From a virus (taxonomy: Duplodnaviria > Heunggongvirae > Uroviricota > Caudoviricetes): a stretch of 19,800 nucleotides of DNA. The stretch is from the IMG/VR virus record IMGVR_UViG_2609459834_000013, positions 1 through 19,800 of that record. One strand, 5' to 3'. Under the pieces are notes generated by a model. The model searched no databases. It was not told the DNA's origin and saw only the letters and a list, made by a program, of their open reading frames with translations. The translations under genes were made by a program, and so were the position numbers. This document shows positions 8,760 through 19,186 of this stretch, piece after piece (positions within the stretch are counted from its first letter, which is position 1; every line of letters begins with the position of its first letter).

Positions 8760-9094
8760 TGATACCCTCTCTCACTTAATCGCCTCCACGCTTCGTTAAA
8801 CTCTTCTCGAGTTGCGCCGGATTTTCTTTCTTCAAACATCATGCATTCGCTGATGTCTCCCCATGACTTTGGTCGCTTTTCAGCGAACAGATCATCCCAT
8901 TCGAATACCCAGCGGCCTGATTTTCGGCAGTGGTAAATGGTCAGCCATGTTGTGCTGTTCGCTGGATACCCATAGAGAACTTCGACTTTTTGATCACGGT
9001 CTTTATGCTTTTTCAGCAGGATAAAGCCAGCAACCAGCGAAGCTCCGGCAAGAATGATGATTGGAATTTGCCAGTCAGCCACACTCCCCCCCAA
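8756..9094 (-). CDS. hypothetical small membrane protein (about 108-112 aa; non-ATG start)
   Basis: ORF track; N-terminal hydrophobic helix IPIIILAGASLVAGFILL followed by KKHKDRDQ; start codon is TTG (9094) or GTG (9082) and neither has a convincing Shine-Dalgarno. Confidence 0.35.
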   Translation of the reverse strand: MGGSVADWQIPIIILAGASLVAGFILLKKHKDRDQKVEVLYGYPANSTTWLTIYHCRKSGRWVFEWDDLFAEKRPKSWGDISECMMFEERKSGATREEFNEAWRRLSERGYQ

Positions 9095-9123
9095 ATAAAA
9101 AGGCCTGCGATTACCAGCAGGCC
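9093..9123 (-). terminator. intrinsic terminator candidate downstream of the helicase gene
   Basis: Minus-strand RNA GGCCUGC-UGGUAAUC-GCAGGCC followed by UUUUUAUUU, 27 bp after the helicase stop. Confidence 0.5.
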
Positions 9124-9149
9124 TGTTATTAGCTCAGTGATGTAGATGG

Positions 9150-10526
9150 TCATACGTCAGCCCCTTGTGCATATCTTCTGCCACGCGCAGCAGGTGCATT
9201 TGATGTTGTGCAAATCTGTCTGGCTTCATCCTGGTCACATGCCACAAAGTGTCCGTTGCAGAATCGCTGGTAAACCGTACCAAGTGAGCCAAAACGGTTT
9301 TTCGTCACGATGATTTCAGCAAATGGCGCGGCGCTACTGTTCTCGTCATATACCGCTTCCCGATAGAGCATGATGATTGAGTCTGCGTCCTGCTCAATGC
9401 TTCCTGAATCACGCAAATCTGCGTTTGTCGGGCGTTTGTTTGGTCGCTTCTCAACATCGCGCGAAAGCTGACTCAGGGAGATAACTGGCGTTTTCAGGTC
9501 TTTCGCCATCGCCTTCAGGCTTCCGGAGATGTGAGCAATTGCGAGGTCGTTGCGATCTGCTTTCGGCTTCTCAATCAGGCCAAGATAATCCGCCATGATG
9601 AGTGACAGGTTTGGATTTTCCTGTTTGTGCCGTTCTGCGATTGAGCGAATTTCTTCGACAGATAACCGCGAGGCATCGACTACCCATACATCCAAATCTG
9701 CAAGCTGACTCATGCCGTTAGCAACGCGCGCCCAGCCTTCGTCATCCATCGATGCAGGATTTCGCAGCACGCTAACCGACATCCTCCCGGCGTTGGCAAT
9801 GCTTCGCTCTGCAATCTGCAATGCGCTCATTTCCATCGAGAAAATCAATACTCCGCGCCGGACGTCAGAACCAGGAATAACGCGACTTGCAACGCCTTCG
9901 GCAATCTTCAGCGCCAGTTCGGTTTTCCCCATACCAGGACGAGCGGCGATTATCACCAGGTCTTCCGCGTTCATCCCTCCGGTGATAGCGTCAAGTTCTT
10001 CGATTCCGGTCTTCAGGGTATCGGACTCTTCTCCGTTCCTCAGACGCCTGTCAAGCGTGTCAGTGTAGTCGGTGATGATTTCCCCTAACCGTACAGGTTT
10101 AACCTCGTCACGGGGCTTTCTGATGGCTGAAAGACGCTTTACAAGCTCATCCATCGCCTGACTCGATGTATCGATAGTTCCGTTCTGAATTGGTTCGCGC
10201 ATTTCATCCATGATTTCCAGCACCAGACGGCGGTGATAGTTATCCGCGACCATTCCGGCATATCCCTTCAGGTTTGCGGCACTCGGGCAGTTCTTACTGG
10301 TCATCAGGATTGACGTGAAATGCTCCTCTCCGCACGCCTCGGCAACCATCAGCGCGTCGATTAGGTTTCTGTTTCTCGCCTGCTTGCGGATAACCTCGAA
10401 GGCTTTCCGGTAGAGCGGAATTGAAAACGCTTCCGGCTCAAGCGTTGCCAGAACGTCACTGGCGGTTGGAGTTAATCCACCAATCAGCAGGCCACCGATA
10501 ACGCTCGCTTCGATATCCTGTCTCAT
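9150..10526 (-). CDS. replicative DNA helicase, DnaB family (P22 gene 12 type), 458 aa
   Basis: ORF track; Walker [14 protein letters not shown], Walker B-like LIMADYLGL and other DnaB-type motifs; overlaps the initiator gene stop. Confidence 0.85.
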   Translation of the reverse strand: MRQDIEASVIGGLLIGGLTPTASDVLATLEPEAFSIPLYRKAFEVIRKQARNRNLIDALMVAEACGEEHFTSILMTSKNCPSAANLKGYAGMVADNYHRRLVLEIMDEMREPIQNGTIDTSSQAMDELVKRLSAIRKPRDEVKPVRLGEIITDYTDTLDRRLRNGEESDTLKTGIEELDAITGGMNAEDLVIIAARPGMGKTELALKIAEGVASRVIPGSDVRRGVLIFSMEMSALQIAERSIANAGRMSVSVLRNPASMDDEGWARVANGMSQLADLDVWVVDASRLSVEEIRSIAERHKQENPNLSLIMADYLGLIEKPKADRNDLAIAHISGSLKAMAKDLKTPVISLSQLSRDVEKRPNKRPTNADLRDSGSIEQDADSIIMLYREAVYDENSSAAPFAEIIVTKNRFGSLGTVYQRFCNGHFVACDQDEARQICTTSNAPAARGRRYAQGADV

Positions 10527-11353
10527 GCAATCCCCCTGTCTGCAAACTTCCCTTCCCGAACTCCCGTTAACGAGTCTTCTCTCAGCAGGTAATCAAAATC
10601 AGCCGTCCAGCCCGTGTCGTTGTCTCCGAAGTAAAACGGCTTGGCCTGATGCACAAACGCCCTGACATACGCTCTGAAACCGTCCACGTTTGGCGTTTTC
10701 AGTTGCGGAATGATTTTCTTCAGGCGACGTTTGCGTTTCTCGTTGACCGCAACAGCGTGTGGCAGTCTGTCACCGACTTCGGTGTTGTAGGCGTTCAGGA
10801 AGGATTCATAGTCGATTCGTTCTGCCTTGCGACGTTCAGGTTTAACCTGCCCATCGCCGCCCCCGTTAGGGGGTAAGGGGGTATTTGTATTTATTGTCTT
10901 TTGTATATTGTCTTTTGTGTTTGACTGATTCGGTAAATTGCTTTTTACCGATTTGGTGAAGGTTTGTTTTACCGAATTGGTAAATGTTTTACCGAATCCG
11001 TTAACTTTCGTTTTCCACTCGGAAATGTTTGTATTCATACCAACTTGACGCCCCACCTGAATGAGAACTCCCATTCTGATAAGCTCGTTTTTGGCGGTAG
11101 AGCATTTGGTTGGTGCCATGCCAGTGAGTTCAGCGAACTGTTCGTTTCCGATCCAATCTATTTTTTTGTTGTAACCGTATGTCTTGCGCCACACAGCCAT
11201 AACAATCAGTAACTGATGTAGAGTAAGTCCAGAAAGCATGGCGGCTTCTAACAGTGTGTTTGCAGTCCGAGTGTAGCCATCTTCGAGTTCTGCCACGCGA
11301 TGCTCCACGACCTCCAGTTGAGGCCTGTAATCAGCTAACTTAACGACGCCCAT
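10523..11353 (-). CDS. replication initiator with lambda O-type N-terminal DNA-binding domain (276 aa)
   Basis: ORF track; N-terminal region resembles the O-protein N-terminal domain; the low-complexity middle ([30 protein letters not shown]…) is encoded by the iteron/AT-rich DNA, as in lambda ori. Confidence 0.8.
   Translation of the reverse strand: MGVVKLADYRPQLEVVEHRVAELEDGYTRTANTLLEAAMLSGLTLHQLLIVMAVWRKTYGYNKKIDWIGNEQFAELTGMAPTKCSTAKNELIRMGVLIQVGRQVGMNTNISEWKTKVNGFGKTFTNSVKQTFTKSVKSNLPNQSNTKDNIQKTINTNTPLPPNGGGDGQVKPERRKAERIDYESFLNAYNTEVGDRLPHAVAVNEKRKRRLKKIIPQLKTPNVDGFRAYVRAFVHQAKPFYFGDNDTGWTADFDYLLREDSLTGVREGKFADRGIA
10925..11005. repeat. origin of replication iterons (about four copies of TTTTACCGAAT-n-GGTAAA-like 18-20 bp repeats) with adjacent AT-rich tract (about 10875-10920)
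   Basis: Repeats read directly in the sequence, spaced about 22 bp apart inside the initiator gene, followed in the gene's direction by an AT-rich stretch. Coordinates approximate. Confidence 0.65.
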
Positions 11354-11501
11354 GTTTCACTCCTGCTTTGGCTAGTCTGTAAACACCAACAAGGCGCTCT
11401 GCGAACGCCCTGTTATTTGCTGCGGCTACCACTAATCCCTCAGGTGAATCAGGGTGTCGAATCTCTTCTTTTTCCTGGTATTTCTTACGACGTTTTGTCA
11501 T
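11340..11501 (-). CDS. small hypothetical ORF (53 aa; below the ORF-track cutoff) between cII and the initiator gene
   Basis: Hand translation [53 protein letters not shown]; ATG preceded by AGGAGT Shine-Dalgarno; 3' end overlaps the initiator start. Confidence 0.35.
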   Translation of the reverse strand: MTKRRKKYQEKEEIRHPDSPEGLVVAAANNRAFAERLVGVYRLAKAGVKHGRR

Positions 11502-11535
11502 AATGACTCCTGTGGATTGATCCAGTCTTTCTACA

Positions 11536-11817
11536 TCAGGCCTCGAAGAATTCGCCGTTCTTCGGGGCTTTTTCTTTTGTCAGGTAATTGGCAAGCCGCT
11601 TAGTCAGCTCAGCCATTTCATCGTCTTCGATTCCGTATTCCAGAACAGCCAGCATCATGCTTACCTGCGAGAAGAAACCATTCTTCCATCGGCTTACCTG
11701 ATATTCAGGAACCCCCATCGCTCGAGCGAATGTCTTCTGCCCCATCAGTGCCAGTTTGTTCAGCAAGGCTGACTCGATGCGAGCCGCTTTCTTGCTTTTA
11801 GTTGCAATAGTACCCAT
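11536..11817 (-). CDS. cII: CII transcriptional activator homolog (93 aa)
   Basis: ORF track; …RIESALLNKLALMGQKTFARAMGV…QVSRWK…MLAVLEYGIEDDEMAEL… aligns with lambda CII as I recall it; AAGGA Shine-Dalgarno upstream. Confidence 0.8.
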   Translation of the reverse strand: MGTIATKSKKAARIESALLNKLALMGQKTFARAMGVPEYQVSRWKNGFFSQVSMMLAVLEYGIEDDEMAELTKRLANYLTKEKAPKNGEFFEA

Positions 11818-11893
11818 AGATAATTTCCTTAATGATTAGATAGAGTTGGCTTCGCAAAGAAACGCAAAACCATAGAGATTTGTTTCTGGTAAT

Positions 11894-11925
11894 GCCCTTT
11901 TTCAGGGCGGTGATGTGTAAGAGCG
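11894..11925 (-). promoter_or_regulatory. nutR (boxA CGCTCTTACACA, boxB GCCCTGAAAAAGGGC)
   Basis: Read on the minus strand directly after the cro stop; matches the lambda nutR boxA/boxB sequences from memory. Confidence 0.75.
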
Positions 11926-11933
11926 GGAATGTC

Positions 11934-13286
<1,353 letters not shown>

Positions 13287-13336
13287 TCCTCACCTCAATT
13301 TCGACAACCAAAAAACAAACTATTTTCCGTTTAAAA

Positions 13337-13409
13337 ACAATGGAGTTTGTTTTTCACGCCCATTTTTACAATATTTCTTGTTTACAACATACAATCTTTC
13401 TTGTAATTT
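13337..13409 (+). promoter_or_regulatory. OL operator region (three ACAA-n6-TTGT sites) overlapping pL candidate (-35 TTTACA, 17 bp, -10 TAATTT)
   Basis: Sites ACAATGGAGTTTGT, ACAATATTTCTTGT and ACAATCTTTCTTGT at about 13337-13350, 13368-13381 and 13391-13404; promoter hexamers at about 13381-13386 and 13404-13409 face N. Confidence 0.7.
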
Positions 13410-13449
13410 TAAGCCATCAGCAGGACGCACTAACCACCATTGAAGGTGA

Positions 13450-13480
13450 GGCTCTTAAAAATTTAGCCCTGAAGAAGGGC
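13450..13480 (+). promoter_or_regulatory. nutL (boxA-like GCTCTTAAAAA, boxB GCCCTGAAGAAGGGC)
   Basis: Read directly upstream of N; matches lambda nutL boxB from memory. Confidence 0.75.
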
Positions 13481-13590
13481 AGCATTCAAAGCAGAAAGCT
13501 TTGAGTAGCGCGAAATGCAGCTGCAAGACAGCAACCGTGGAGATAAGCATCACGGCGCGTTACTCAAAGCTAACTGACAGGAGAATCCAG

Positions 13591-14488
<898 letters not shown>

Positions 14489-14611
14489 TTAAAAGACAGG
14501 CATACTAATAAACACTGCACTGTGTATTCATTCCAACGAGTGAATACACGGAGCAATGTCGCTCGTAACTAAACAGGAGCCGACTTGTTCTGATTATTGG
14601 AAATCTTCTTT

Positions 14612-14639
14612 GCCCTCCAATGTGAGGGCAGTTTTTTTT
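14612..14639 (+). terminator. intrinsic terminator (tL1-like) on the pL strand
   Basis: GCCCTC-CAATGT-GAGGGC hairpin followed by AG and a run of eight T, 13 bp before the next start codon. Confidence 0.7.
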
Positions 14640-14652
14640 GACGGAGTAAACG

Positions 14653-14901
14653 ATGATAAAAACTGATTACCCTGCAGATCTTAAACAAAAAGTAATAACA
14701 GCAATTAAATGCTCTTTTATCTCATGTCGTACAGATGAAGAACGATATGTCGTTGAGTGTGCAATTGTCGAGTTTCTCACAGCGATGGAGTTTACCGCTG
14801 CAGAATCAATAGATGTATTAAAGCAATCAGACGGAAATGATATTGAAACGGATGATGTTATTGACCGACTAATAAAATCATTCGAAGAAGAAATAGAGTA
14901 G
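14653..14901 (+). CDS. hypothetical small acidic protein (82 aa; about 20 Asp/Glu versus 9 Lys/Arg)
   Basis: ORF track; GGAG Shine-Dalgarno 8 nt upstream; AT-rich; sits where lambda carries ral. Confidence 0.55.
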   Translation: MIKTDYPADLKQKVITAIKCSFISCRTDEERYVVECAIVEFLTAMEFTAAESIDVLKQSDGNDIETDDVIDRLIKSFEEEIE

Positions 14902-14984
14902 CCGCCTGAGCGCGGCTTTACCGCATACCAATAATGCTTCACGAGAGGCATTTTCGTTATGCAATCAAATATAAGGAGTTACCC

Positions 14985-15119
14985 ATGATGCACTTTCAGC
15001 TCGCGGGTAGCGGCGTCATGTCCGCTTTCTACCCGCACGAATCAGAATTATCACGCCGAGTTAAACAATTAATCAGAGCAGCAAAGAAACAACTGGAGGC
15101 GTTATGCGCAATGAAATAG
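14985..15119 (+). CDS. cIII: CIII-like protein (FtsH inhibitor family), 44 aa
   Basis: Track ORF 14934..15119; start placed at the ATG after an AAGGAG Shine-Dalgarno; core …PHESELSRRVKQLIRAAKKQLEAL resembles lambda CIII core …PSESLLERITRKLRDGWKRLIDIL. Confidence 0.55.
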   Translation: MMHFQLAGSGVMSAFYPHESELSRRVKQLIRAAKKQLEALCAMK

Positions 15120-15256
15120 CCATTAATCACCAGATGCTTCGTGCTGCACAGAACAAAGCAGTAATAGCCCGATTTATTGGTGATTCAAAAATGTGGCTTG
15201 AAGCAAATAAAGCGATGAAATCAGCTATCAATCTTCCGTGGTATCGCAGGAAATGA
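15104..15256 (+). CDS. kil: Kil-like small protein (50 aa; below the ORF-track cutoff)
   Basis: Hand translation MRNEIAINHQMLRAAQNKAVIARFIGDSKMWLEANKAMKSAINLPWYRRK*; GGAGG upstream; the FIGD-containing segment resembles lambda Kil as I recall it. Confidence 0.45.
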   Translation: MRNEIAINHQMLRAAQNKAVIARFIGDSKMWLEANKAMKSAINLPWYRRK

Positions 15257-15411
15257 GTTTTACAGATAACTGGTCAGACGAAGAATTCATTCGTCAGATG
15301 AAAGAATTAATCGATAACGAAGGAGATATTCATGTCACTTGCAACCACAGTGAAGGAGAGCAAGTTACAGAGACGCATGTACACGCAGAAAGCTCTCTGG
15401 TATCGCCATAA
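15253..15411 (+). CDS. small hypothetical ORF (52 aa)
   Basis: Hand translation MSFTDNWSDEEFIRQMKELIDNEGDIHVTCNHSEGEQVTETHVHAESSLVSP*; start overlaps the kil-like stop (ATGA). Confidence 0.3.
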   Translation: MSFTDNWSDEEFIRQMKELIDNEGDIHVTCNHSEGEQVTETHVHAESSLVSP

Positions 15412-15512
15412 TGGCGACCGCGAAGGAATGCGGGTATGCCTTAATTTGTCCCGAGTAGAAGTATTAAATCAGCGTTATTTCCTTGGGCCATGTCCATTCT
15501 GAGAACAATCAT

Positions 15513-16118
15513 ATGAGCAAAGAATTTTACGCAAGGCTGGCAGCTATTCAGGAGAATCTGAACGCGCCAAAGAATCAATACAACTCATTCGGCAAATATA
15601 AATACAGAAGCTGCGAAGACATTCTTGAGGGTGTTAAGCCGTTACTGAATGGCCTGTTTTTATCAATCAGCGATGAAGTTGTGTTGATTGGTGATCGGTA
15701 TTACGTGAAAGCCACGGCAACTATTACTGATGGCGAAAACAGTCATACAGCAACCGCTCTTGCACGAGAGGAAGAAAGCAAGAAAGGAATGGATTCTGCA
15801 CAAGTTACGGGAGCTACAAGCTCTTATGCACGCAAGTATTGCCTCAATGGTTTGTTCGGCATTGATGATGCGAAAGATGCAGATACAGACGAGCATAAAC
15901 ATCAGCAGAACGCAGCAGCAAAGCAATCAAAACCATCACCTACACCTGAACAGGTTCTAAAAGCATTCACTGACGCAGCATTGCAGAAAAACACCGTGGA
16001 AGAGCTTAAACAGGCGTTCGCCAAAGCGTGGAAGATGCTCGAAGGCACACCGGAGCAGCAAAAAGCGCAGGACGTTTACAACATCAGACGAGACGAATTA
16101 GAAGGGGCGGCTGCTTAA
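15513..16118 (+). CDS. erf: Erf-family single-strand annealing protein (about 201 aa)
   Basis: Track ORF 15483..16118 (TTG-extended); from Met MSKEFYARLAAIQENLNAPKNQYNSFGKYKYRSCEDILEGVKPLL… resembles P22 Erf. Confidence 0.8.
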   Translation: MSKEFYARLAAIQENLNAPKNQYNSFGKYKYRSCEDILEGVKPLLNGLFLSISDEVVLIGDRYYVKATATITDGENSHTATALAREEESKKGMDSAQVTGATSSYARKYCLNGLFGIDDAKDADTDEHKHQQNAAAKQSKPSPTPEQVLKAFTDAALQKNTVEELKQAFAKAWKMLEGTPEQQKAQDVYNIRRDELEGAAA

Positions 16119-16501
16119 TGGCACATTCGATTACTGTAAGACTAAACAAGCCCGCAAGAGAGTTTCAGGCCGGGGAAAATATCGGATTCAACATCCGTGC
16201 TGGAGTTCAGTATTACGATCGCCAGACAAAAAAGAAAGAATGGACAAACTACAGCGCCGTTGTATTTGCCAAGCCGGGAGCGCAAGCGGATTACTACCGT
16301 AGTGTTCTTGTTGAAGGTGGCATTGTTGAAATTACCGGAGAAAACATCAGGGTTGATATTTATCAGGGGCAAAATGGTCAATCAATCACTCTTGAATTAC
16401 TGAATGCAAAGATTGGATTTGCAGCTTCAGGAAATGGCCCGCAGCAGCAAAGTAGTAACCAGCAGAACACTCCTGTATACGACGATTCCATCCCATTCTG
16501 A
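16118..16501 (+). CDS. ssb: single-stranded DNA-binding protein (short phage SSB with acidic DDSIPF tail), 127 aa
   Basis: Track ORF 16028..16501; start at the Met overlapping the erf stop (TAATG); C-terminal …PVYDDSIPF resembles the SSB protein-interaction tip. Confidence 0.7.
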   Translation: MAHSITVRLNKPAREFQAGENIGFNIRAGVQYYDRQTKKKEWTNYSAVVFAKPGAQADYYRSVLVEGGIVEITGENIRVDIYQGQNGQSITLELLNAKIGFAASGNGPQQQSSNQQNTPVYDDSIPF

Positions 16502-16524
16502 TTTAGAAAAATAAGGATTTAATT

Positions 16525-16821
16525 ATGCCAGCGCCTTTGTATGGCGCGGATGACCCGCGCCGCTGTTCCGGCAATTCCGTATCGGAGGTGCTGGATAAAT
16601 TCAGAAAAAACTACGATCGAATAATGTCTCTACCGCAGGAAACGAAAGAGGAAAAGGAATTTCGCCACTGTATATGGCTTGCAGAGAAAGAAGAACGCGA
16701 GCGAATTTACCAGACATCAATCCGACCATTCCGCAAAGCCACTTATACCCACTTCCCTGAATATATCGACCCGCGCCTGCGTAATTACCGCTCACGCTAT
16801 GGCGCTATCAGTAATGACTGA
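16525..16821 (+). CDS. hypothetical protein (98 aa)
   Basis: ORF track; AAGGA Shine-Dalgarno upstream. Confidence 0.5.
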   Translation: MPAPLYGADDPRRCSGNSVSEVLDKFRKNYDRIMSLPQETKEEKEFRHCIWLAEKEERERIYQTSIRPFRKATYTHFPEYIDPRLRNYRSRYGAISND

Positions 16822-16831
16822 GGAATTTACC

Positions 16832-16996
16832 ATGAGAGGACTTGCATACAATCCCGGCATTCTTCCGGCAGAAATGATTATTCGCCAACGCGTAAAGCCA
16901 ATGCCATCGAGAGAGGAATTACTTAAGAGAAATTCTTTTCCATCAGTGAATCAAAACAAATATCTGAATGCGATGTTGCGGAGTGGGAAGAAATGA
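16832..16996 (+). CDS. small hypothetical protein (54 aa)
   Basis: Internal Met of track ORF 16679..16996 preceded by TGAGGAA Shine-Dalgarno; stop overlaps the next gene start. Confidence 0.35.
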   Translation: MRGLAYNPGILPAEMIIRQRVKPMPSREELLKRNSFPSVNQNKYLNAMLRSGKK

Positions 16997-17517
16997 AACA
17001 AATGTCACTAATTGAGATGGATGGTTTTCTGAAAGGTAAATGCATCCCACGAGATTTAAAGGTTAACGAAACAAACGCTGAATATCTGGTGCGCAAGTTC
17101 GGTGAGCTTGAATCAAAACTGGAAACGGCGTTGCGGGAGTGTCGTTCTGCTGGAATCACGATTGATAACCTTGAGGCTAAATGCGCGAAGATGGCTGCTG
17201 AAAATACCTCGCTTAAGCAATCTGAGAAGGAATTTAATGACTTTTGTCGTGAGGAGTTTAGCGAATGGGAAGATGATGTTACTGAAACCCCGACCACCGA
17301 CGCCTTCCTGGCTGAAGTGCGGGCCAGCGCGGTAGAAGAGGCTTGCCTGAAAATTAGCAACGCCATCGTTAATTGCTATCAGGACGAACAAATCGGTCTT
17401 GATGCGGCAGCAACTATCTGCGGGGACTTCGCCGCCCAACTTCGCCAGGATGCCAACACCGCAGAACTGGTAGCCGCTGGAATCATCACTAAGGTGGGGG
17501 GGGTAGGGTATGGCTGA
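16993..17517 (+). CDS. hypothetical protein with predicted coiled-coil region (174 aa), ea-region type
   Basis: ORF track; translationally coupled to both neighbours. Confidence 0.5.
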   Translation: MKQMSLIEMDGFLKGKCIPRDLKVNETNAEYLVRKFGELESKLETALRECRSAGITIDNLEAKCAKMAAENTSLKQSEKEFNDFCREEFSEWEDDVTETPTTDAFLAEVRASAVEEACLKISNAIVNCYQDEQIGLDAAATICGDFAAQLRQDANTAELVAAGIITKVGGVGYG

Positions 17518-17782
17518 GTTTACGAAAGAGCAGTTGATTGAGAAGCTTGAGCGCCGTCTTGCGGTAACAACCCATTACCCTGATGTTGAAGAAGCGCAAC
17601 TCGATGCGCAAATCTTCAAAATCGCACTGGCAGTGCTGACGGCTGATGCATCCATGTACGCCAGTGAAGAGACGTTAATCTGTGCGGAACAAGGTGAGTT
17701 TCTCTTGCGCACCCTAAACAGACCAGCTGGTGACGCCACTATCCCACTCTACCGCCTACCACTGCTGGAGGGATTGAAATGA
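17510..17782 (+). CDS. hypothetical acidic protein (90 aa)
   Basis: ORF track; overlaps both neighbours. Confidence 0.5.
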   Translation: MAEFTKEQLIEKLERRLAVTTHYPDVEEAQLDAQIFKIALAVLTADASMYASEETLICAEQGEFLLRTLNRPAGDATIPLYRLPLLEGLK

Positions 17783-18750
17783 TGGAATTGACCAAAGAGC
17801 GCATTGAACAATTCATTAAAAGCCCGATTGATAACGGGCTTACTCGCAGCGAACAGATGTCGATGGCCCGCCAGCTGCTTGCAGTGATGGAGCAGGAGCC
17901 AGTTGGTGAAGTGGTTTTGGGTGATTACGACGACTGCGGTGATTATCCTGATGCAAAAGTCGTATGTATTGCCGCGCAAGGTCAGGCCGACTGGAATAAT
18001 TTCAGAAACGAAACGAAGCTCTACGCAGCAACACAGTTACCGCAGCCAGCGGTGGTGGTGAGTGAAGCGCAGTCCAAAAAATTATTCGATGAGTGGTCTT
18101 GTGGCGATGGCGCGTTAGGTGAGTTAAGGGCAAGCGGCGTTCCAGATGAATTTATCTCTATGCTGAAGGAGTTTTCCCTTGCTACATGGGAGGCCTGCCG
18201 CGAAGCGATGCTTAAGCACTCCGCACCATTCATAGTGACGAGCGATCATCGCATGATGGAGATGCCCGCGATCCATGATATCGACGCTGTCTCCGCCATG
18301 CTTCAGGGTGCCGATGCATCCATCACACATGAGGGTAAGAACCATCACAAGGATAAGCTCGCTATGGTTGACCATTCCGGTGACTCCAACAATATGGTTG
18401 AACCTGTAACGACGACTTACAAGTTACCATTCGAGCAGTGGCTTTCTAAGCAGACAGGAACCATTGACGTCGAATGTGGATGCGTGATGACGGAGGTATT
18501 TTACCACTGGCTGCGCGTTGCGTATGAGGCTGGCAACTCTCCGGTAACTCCTGATGGTTGGATAAGCTGTAGTGAGCGAATGCCAAGCGAAGAAGATGTT
18601 TTGGTTTATTGCTCAGACACAAAAGAGCAGATGGTAGGGTTTCACAAAGGGAAAGGGTTATTTCAATTCTTTTACATGAATGGTGTTGAGGGGGTATGTG
18701 AGCCGTCACACTGGATGCCGCTACCAGAACCGCCGCAGGAGATGAAGTAA
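17779..18750 (+). CDS. hypothetical protein with C-terminal DUF551-like domain (323 aa)
   Basis: ORF track; C-terminus …GWISCSERMPSEEDVLVY…HWMPLPEPP resembles the DUF551 domain common in enterobacterial prophages (from memory). Confidence 0.55.
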   Translation: MMELTKERIEQFIKSPIDNGLTRSEQMSMARQLLAVMEQEPVGEVVLGDYDDCGDYPDAKVVCIAAQGQADWNNFRNETKLYAATQLPQPAVVVSEAQSKKLFDEWSCGDGALGELRASGVPDEFISMLKEFSLATWEACREAMLKHSAPFIVTSDHRMMEMPAIHDIDAVSAMLQGADASITHEGKNHHKDKLAMVDHSGDSNNMVEPVTTTYKLPFEQWLSKQTGTIDVECGCVMTEVFYHWLRVAYEAGNSPVTPDGWISCSERMPSEEDVLVYCSDTKEQMVGFHKGKGLFQFFYMNGVEGVCEPSHWMPLPEPPQEMK

Positions 18751-19028
18751 TGGACTCCTTCGCGAAATATACGATTATTGACTGGATTGCCTTCCTTCAG
18801 GTTTTGCTCATCTGGTTTTATATGGCTTACAGGAGTGGACAGTGGATTGTCAGTGTAGCCTGTAGCAAGGGATGGCGTTGGTGGAACCGAAAGAATAAAA
18901 AAGCGCTGGCCTTGGATTCGTTTTACGAAGCATTCAATCTTAACAGTCTTCAGCCTGGTTCTGTCATTGTAGTCACCACTCAAAGCGGCATGACCATTCA
19001 GATTCATAAACCAAAAGAGGAAAAATGA
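18750..19028 (+). CDS. hypothetical small membrane protein (92 aa)
   Basis: ORF track; hydrophobic N-terminal segment IIDWIAFLQVLLIWFYMAY; coupled to the upstream gene. Confidence 0.45.
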   Translation: MDSFAKYTIIDWIAFLQVLLIWFYMAYRSGQWIVSVACSKGWRWWNRKNKKALALDSFYEAFNLNSLQPGSVIVVTTQSGMTIQIHKPKEEK

Positions 19029-19114
19029 TGTGGCCTATATGTGTTAATTGCGGACGGATGTGCCTATCTGGATGGTGCAGAAAGTGCGACAAATGCACGA
19101 AGAAAAGACAATAA
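19025..19114 (+). CDS. small Cys-rich peptide (29 aa; possible zinc ribbon)
   Basis: Hand translation MMWPICVNCGRMCLSGWCRKCDKCTKKRQ*; start overlaps the upstream stop (ATGA). Confidence 0.3.
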   Translation: MMWPICVNCGRMCLSGWCRKCDKCTKKRQ

Positions 19115-19148
19115 CAATCCTCGAACTCGCGGGGATTTCTTTTATCTG

Positions 19149-19173
19149 AACTCGCTACGGCGAGTTTTGTTTT
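19149..19173 (+). terminator. intrinsic terminator candidate
   Basis: AACTCGC-TACG-GCGAGTT hairpin followed by TTGTTTT. Confidence 0.55.
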
Positions 19174-19186
19174 ATGGAGACAAGAA

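Noticed and set aside
8930-11212. Track ORFs 8930..9145, 9712..10068, 10649..10876, 10964..11212 (all +)
   Set aside because: Antisense to the membrane-protein, helicase and initiator genes; 10964..11212 runs through the iteron region.
13314-13351. Possible terminator hairpin downstream of the secreted-protein gene (AACAAACT / AGTTTGTT)
   Set aside because: The 22-nt loop is too large for a convincing intrinsic terminator, and the right arm coincides with an OL operator candidate.
13501-13590. TTG-initiated extension of N (track start 13501)
   Set aside because: Would begin within the nutL/leader region; lambda N begins at MDAQTRRRERR.
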